Position numbers and translations under genes: made by a program | The notes under the pieces: model-generated | Seen by the model: only the letters and a program-made list of their open reading frames with translations | What the model was told of the DNA's origin: nothing | The model's database searches: none | Assembly (NCBI GenBank): GCA_045863395.1 | Contig: BTVJ01000030.1 | Location: forward strand, 24,225-88,224 | DNA length: 64,000 nucleotides | Reading direction: 5' to 3' | Source of the DNA: Myxococcales bacterium | Lineage (GTDB): Bacteria > Myxococcota_A > UBA9042 > JABWCM01 > BTVJ01 | Shown here: positions 56,001-64,000 of the stretch, piece by piece | How the letters are laid out: each line of letters opens with the position of its first letter | How positions within the stretch are numbered: position 1 is the stretch's first letter

Positions 56001-56442
56001 GATCCCCATCTCGAACCTGCTGCTGAAGAGCGAGCTCGGTGGGAGCACGGTCTTGTCGATGCCCACGCAGAAGACGATGCTCCAGGCCTTCCAGGGGAGC
56101 ACGACGGTCCTGACCCACGTGTCCGGCGCGGCGACCCCGACCCTCCTGGTCAACGGAAAGACCTTCACCCACTGCGGCGCCCCCTGGCGCATCAACAGCA
56201 AGGGCGCCTACGCGGCCTACGTCCGGCTCGGCGGGTGGGTCAACTCCACCTGGGACTGCTCCTACGGCGCCGACGGGGCGGGCCAGCCCACAGGGGCTCA
56301 CCTGGTCGGCTTCGGGCTCCTCGACAACCAGTGGTCGCCGTTCACTTACAACCGCAAGAGCTTCGGCATCCGGGACGCCCACGACCAGAACTACCTGAAC
56401 CCCGGGCAGCTCGCCATCGGCGGGTTCATCTTCGGGCGTTAG
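53080..56442 (+). CDS. Secreted fibre/adhesin-like protein with three fibrinogen-like YCDxxxxGGGW domains
   Basis: Signal peptide; LxCxGCV stalk repeats; three SC..I...GxYW...(Y/W)CDMTxxGGGWTLL domains. Confidence 0.85.
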   Translation: MAARLLPALILLSTSAALAAIPQTLRVQGALLTQAGSPVEGTHAVTLRLFATETGGTALHQQSFPSVAVERGVFDVVMGPLPAGLLESNDVLWLESTVAGGAALPRSQVLATPFALRAARADVAGDLQCTGCVGPLDVAQGTIATGHLADGAVTSAKTGFNYALSDAKGGPALGLSCVGCIDPGMLSFGYAGSATAGGAATDLACTGCVGSADVADGSLTGADIADGSIGSADVGFNYALSDSKGGGALALSCTGCVGASHLAPNSVTSATIANGAVALVDLAFDPATQAELDAHAQNASAHHARYTDAEAVAAIQAATGLTLSGNLNLGGNHLTGMRFQLAASPPVSCGPTLVGFAYYDIGEKVLKICDGASFQGASGSGGHPLGSALNPGASCKAIKAANGSAASAVYWVTPNGGAAQQVYCDMTTMGGGWTLLMKAAGTTFAWDSAHWTTATTYNDTSLSPTFEAAKLSTFNQMPVRELLIVSQAGNATRLALPEQQTALALFQGGTTVLTHVEGSATPGELINNKVWSYCGSPWRVNTKGAYAAYIRLGGWANYVWDCSYGADGAGQPTGAHLLGLGLLDNQWSPYTYNKKSFGIRDAHDQNNLNPGQLTSGALVYGREEGTVGPDTALGTFEKPGDSCRHILAEGASVGDGVYWVKTQAGAPYKAWCDMTNMGGGWTLLLSTGANTTFAFDSALWTNTTLLNDTTPVGTYTDSKLASFGDYPVTELLLKSANGGMTRLGMPTLQTARALFNGPTNTLPLLEGAATPGQLINGKTWSYCGSPWRVNSQGAYAAYIRLGGWANYVWDCSYGNDGAGQPTGAHLLGFGLLDNQWSPFSYNRKSFGVRDAHDQNYLNPGQLSVGARIYGRGPLAPSSGDKLGSEANPALSCKAVLDAGDSVGDGAYWLKTPDGAVTYRAYCDMTTAGGGWTLLLKGHSTTFAWDSAHWTTATTVNAGDVSASVGSAKYASFNTIPISNLLLKSELGGSTVLSMPTQKTMLQAFQGSTTVLTHVSGAATPTLLVNGKTFTHCGAPWRINSKGAYAAYVRLGGWVNSTWDCSYGADGAGQPTGAHLVGFGLLDNQWSPFTYNRKSFGIRDAHDQNYLNPGQLAIGGFIFGR

Positions 56443-56602
56443 GCGCCGGTGCACAACAACCTGTGCCATTCGGCCCCCGCTGCATCCCCGCTGGCAGCCT
56501 GGCGAGACCTTGGAAGGACAAGGCCCTGCCTGCGGCCTCGCCAGACTGCCAGCGGGGCGCATCGGGCCCCTCGATGGGTCAGGTTGTTATGCACCGGCGC
56601 CT
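56441..56602. repeat. 162-bp nested inverted repeat (MITE/REPIN-like)
   Basis: Outer arms 56441-56463/56580-56602 22/23 complementary; inner arms 56486-56506/56537-56557 20/21. Confidence 0.85.
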
Positions 56603-56610
56603 TGGGGCAG

Positions 56611-57849
56611 GTGGCCGTCAGGGACGGGAGGGAGTGGGCGGTCGCGCTGATTGCGGCGCTGTGCTGCCTGATCGGTGGGTGTGGCGAGTCTCCGCCAGGA
56701 GGTGAGTCGGACCACGACGTCGCCGCGGCGGACGACACGGAGTCTCCCGCGTCGCCCGGCGACACGGGCGACGACGGCGGAGCGGCGCGCGCGGACTCCG
56801 TCGCCCAGGCCGGTGGAGATGCAGACTCGGCGGCGTCCCAAGGTGGAGACTCCGGCGTCGGAGACTCCGTGGACGCTGGTGCCGCGGGGGGAGACTCCGT
56901 CACCGGAGACTCCGCCGCCGGAGACACAGGAATCGGCGACGCGGGCAGCGAGGCAGACGCCGATCAGGACGCCACTCCCGGCTGCGACCCGGAAGCCCCG
57001 CCGCCGCCATCCCCGACCGATCTCGCGGCGCTCGACCTCACCCCCAAGGGCATCGTTCGAGGCGTCTACTTCGCCCCCGCGGACCGCCCCCTCCCGCCGG
57101 GCCTGCACCAGCGCCTCGGCTCCTGGGTGCGCCTCGCCCAGAGCTTCTTCCGTGACGAGATGGCCAAGTGGGGCTACGTGGACCCGTCCGGCCAGGGCCT
57201 CACCTTCCGGTGGGAAGAAGGGCCCGATGGGAGCTGGGCCGTGGTCTATATGGTCGGGTGGCACGAGTCGGCCCACTACCACGCCCACCCGACGGCCCCC
57301 GACGCGCCGGGCGAGGCGTTTGCGGAGGTTCTCCAGCGTCTGCCGGCCGCATTCCACAACGACAACGTGACCGTCTACATCTACGACACGGCGGTCGTCG
57401 AGGGCGACACCCTGATCCACACGGGGCAGGGCGGCTCCCTCGCGCCCTGGGAGGGTCCCGGGGCCGGGTATGTGCTCCAGGGCGCCCACTTCCTCGGCGT
57501 GGGGTTCCAGACGGTCGCCATGGACCCGGCCGCGCAGGCGTGCCTCTTCGAGCAGCAGGCGCCGGCGGGCCTCTCCGAGTGGGACGAGGCGAGCGCCGTC
57601 TGGGGCCCCGTCAGCCGCGGAGTCTATGCCTCGGTCATGGTTGGCGCGAGCGTCCACGAGCTGGGCCACGCCCTCGGCCTCGACCACATCTTCACGGACA
57701 CGGACGGCGATGGCGTGGAGAACAACCTCATGGGCAACGGGTTTCGCCGGTTTCGAGGCCGCTTCACCCCGTTGGGCCTGACGCCCGCCACCATCCTCGC
57801 TCCCGAGTCTGCGGCCGCGTTGTCGCAGGCCCTCCCGTTTTCGCCCTGA
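56611..57849 (+). CDS. Metzincin-type zinc metalloprotease lipoprotein
   Basis: IGGC lipobox; acidic linker; HELGHALGLDH and NNLMG Met-turn; start approximate. Confidence 0.8.
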   Translation: MAVRDGREWAVALIAALCCLIGGCGESPPGGESDHDVAAADDTESPASPGDTGDDGGAARADSVAQAGGDADSAASQGGDSGVGDSVDAGAAGGDSVTGDSAAGDTGIGDAGSEADADQDATPGCDPEAPPPPSPTDLAALDLTPKGIVRGVYFAPADRPLPPGLHQRLGSWVRLAQSFFRDEMAKWGYVDPSGQGLTFRWEEGPDGSWAVVYMVGWHESAHYHAHPTAPDAPGEAFAEVLQRLPAAFHNDNVTVYIYDTAVVEGDTLIHTGQGGSLAPWEGPGAGYVLQGAHFLGVGFQTVAMDPAAQACLFEQQAPAGLSEWDEASAVWGPVSRGVYASVMVGASVHELGHALGLDHIFTDTDGDGVENNLMGNGFRRFRGRFTPLGLTPATILAPESAAALSQALPFSP

Positions 57850-57871
57850 TTCCACTGGCCGTGGAGGGACC

Positions 57872-58522
57872 ATGTTGCTCGCCTACAACCCCGCTCTGGT
57901 CGCTGCGCTGCGGACCCCCACGACGGAGGCACCGTGGCGGGTCCTCGCCAGCGGCTGCCTCGCGAGCTGGCCGTGCGGCGTCGACGGCCACGACTACGGG
58001 CTCGGCCGGGCGCTCGCCGATCTGTTCGCGCTGCCCACGCTTCGCATCTTCCCGTTCTGCCCCGAGCAACACGCGCTCGGCACGCCCCGCACGATGCCCG
58101 ACATCCATGGCGGCGACGGCTTCGACGTCCTCGCGGGGCGCGCCCGGGTCCTCGACCAGCAAGGCGCGGACCTCACCGCGGCGATGGTCGCAGGGGCCCA
58201 CGCGATGGTCGACTTCGCGCGCGCCCACGACGTCGAGCTCGCGATCCTCACCGACATGAGCGCCGCGTGTGGGAGCCAGGTCATCTCGGAGGGGTGCCGG
58301 CTGGTGGCCGAGCGTCGCTTTCAGAAGGGTGTCGGCGTCGCGACCGCGGCGCTCCTGTCCGCGGGCGTGTGCGTCGTGAGTCAGCGGGACTTCAAGACCC
58401 TCGCGGCCCTCCGCTCACGGCTCGACCCGACCTTCGTCGTAGCGCCAGAGGTGTACGACCACCACGAGCACCCCTGGACCCGCGAGCACCTGCCGGCGCC
58501 GCACCCGCGGAGCTCGGCATAG
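57872..58522 (+). CDS. DUF523 / 2-thiouracil desulfurase-family Fe-S protein
   Basis: SGCL...CGVDG, FCPE..LGTPR, SAACG, GVGVATAAL. Confidence 0.8.
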   Translation: MLLAYNPALVAALRTPTTEAPWRVLASGCLASWPCGVDGHDYGLGRALADLFALPTLRIFPFCPEQHALGTPRTMPDIHGGDGFDVLAGRARVLDQQGADLTAAMVAGAHAMVDFARAHDVELAILTDMSAACGSQVISEGCRLVAERRFQKGVGVATAALLSAGVCVVSQRDFKTLAALRSRLDPTFVVAPEVYDHHEHPWTREHLPAPHPRSSA

Positions 58523-58552
58523 CTGCGCCCCGCGCCGCCTCGCAGCAACGCG

Positions 58553-62920
<4,368 letters not shown>

Positions 62921-63352
62921 GGGGCGCACAATAGCGCATGTGGCTCCGGGAGCACACCTGCGGCTGCCGGACGCGGACGGAGCGCGACCGCAACGGGGTG
63001 CAGCCGGGGGCGTCGGGACTCCAAGCGCCCGGGCAGCGCCGCCGACTCCTCTGGGGGTCGAGCAGGTCCGGCTCGCCGCGACCTCGGTCTGCAGGATCTG
63101 CAGATGCCCTGCAGCTCCTGCAGCTCGCGAGGGTGGTGCAGGTGGCGAGCCTGGGCTGGAACGTGAGGGGAAGCTACGAAATCGCCCTGGGATGAGCGCA
63201 AACGAGCGCGTGCAATCCGAGGCGTCATGATGTAGGGTGTGCGGTCATCAAACAAGGCATGGGTTGTGCAGTGACCGACCCGAGATGTCACGGGAGCTTT
63301 GCCTTCACGCGCCTCCAGGAACAGGGCGTGGTTCTTTCACGGGAGAGTAGAG

Positions 63353-64000
63353 ATGAACGTCGAAAGTGCAGCGGGGAGACACATTGCGCGCGTCTGGCTG
63401 CTCGTCGCAGCGCTGGTGGGGGCGGGCTGCCCCTCGGGAGAGACAGTGGATCCGGCTTCGGACGTCGGCGATGCACAGGATGTCGGAGCCATCGGCGAGT
63501 CGGACGCAGGGGGGGACGCCGGGCCGGTCGGGACAGACTCCGTGGTGGGATCCGACTCTGGTGGCACGGACGCCGGTGGGGTTGATTCGGGCCACGACGG
63601 GGAGGGCGCTGACTCCAGTGACGTGCCGGAGCCCGTGGATGTAGCGGACGGTGGCGACGAAGACGCTGGTGAGGGAGACACCGGCGAAGAAGATGCCGGA
63701 GGCGGGACGGGGGACGTCGTCTCGCCGGACACCGATGTCCAGGAGTGTACGACCGCCGGCTGCGACGACGGGGACGCCTGCACGGACGACTCCTGCGATC
63801 CGTCAGGCGCCTGCGTGTACGTGCCCCGGAGCTGCGACGACGGGGACGCCTGCACGGCGGACTCGTGCGACGCGGCGACGGGCTGCACCAACGCCCCCGT
63901 TGCTTGCGACGACGGGGACGCCTGCACGGGGGACTCGTGCGACGTGGCGACGGGCTGCACCAACGCCCCCGTTGCCTGCGACGACGGGGACGCCTGCACG
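63353..64000 (+). CDS. Cys-rich repeat lipoprotein, truncated by window end (absent from ORF track)
   Basis: ATG 63353 MNVESAAGRHIARVWLLVAALVGAGC, acidic linker, CDDGDACTxDSC repeats; frame open to 64000. Confidence 0.8.
   Translation, partial: MNVESAAGRHIARVWLLVAALVGAGCPSGETVDPASDVGDAQDVGAIGESDAGGDAGPVGTDSVVGSDSGGTDAGGVDSGHDGEGADSSDVPEPVDVADGGDEDAGEGDTGEEDAGGGTGDVVSPDTDVQECTTAGCDDGDACTDDSCDPSGACVYVPRSCDDGDACTADSCDAATGCTNAPVACDDGDACTGDSCDVATGCTNAPVACDDGDACT

Noticed and set aside
53011..56562. 1183-aa - strand ORF
   Set aside because: Shadow of the fibrinogen-like gene
63089..63123. Four CTGCAG hexamers spaced 9-11 bp upstream of lhr
   Set aside because: Short, irregular and not the TGC-N3-GCA box context; cannot be distinguished from chance

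Overview
A very GC-rich 64 kb chromosomal segment with no rRNA, tRNA, CRISPR array or transposase visible. Gene content (many Ser/Thr kinases, PEGA/TPR proteins, a MYXO-CTERM-like tail, a TIGR04551-like barrel, Cys-rich lipoproteins) points to a Myxococcota/deltaproteobacterial, probably predatory, organism; this is inference. 1-8.3 kb: housekeeping genes (YbjN/CesT-like chaperone + pspA, pabB-like, aroE, ribF, an rsmD-coaD in-frame fusion, aminotransferase). 8.3-27.8 kb: kinases, TPR proteins and surface lipoproteins. 27.9-50.2 kb: a polyhydroxyalkanoate (PHA) region with an ICM/RCM-type B12 mutase, FabG-like reductase, two class III-type phaC, a phasin-like gene, phaR, a mini-PhaE, FadD, plus an outer-membrane barrel, two paralogous lipoproteins and a lipoprotein hydrolase. 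A shared 17-bp PhaR-type box links the two halves. The PHA region is split by a ~10 kb block that is the best candidate for an undescribed system: a 1990-aa DUF4157 protein (19 x 62-aa helical repeats, HEXXH peptidase carrying three HTH-like inserts) divergent from an operon of CpXC protein, a small catalytically dead copy of that same peptidase domain, an eCIS/Afp15-type AAA+ ATPase and a lipoprotein, with no tube or sheath genes in the window. 50.2-64 kb: a perfect 70-bp palindrome, Cys-rich and fibrinogen-like adhesin candidates, a 162-bp hairpin element with a second partial copy at 13.6 kb, a metzincin, DUF523 and lhr. All family calls come from motif recognition by eye, not database searches.
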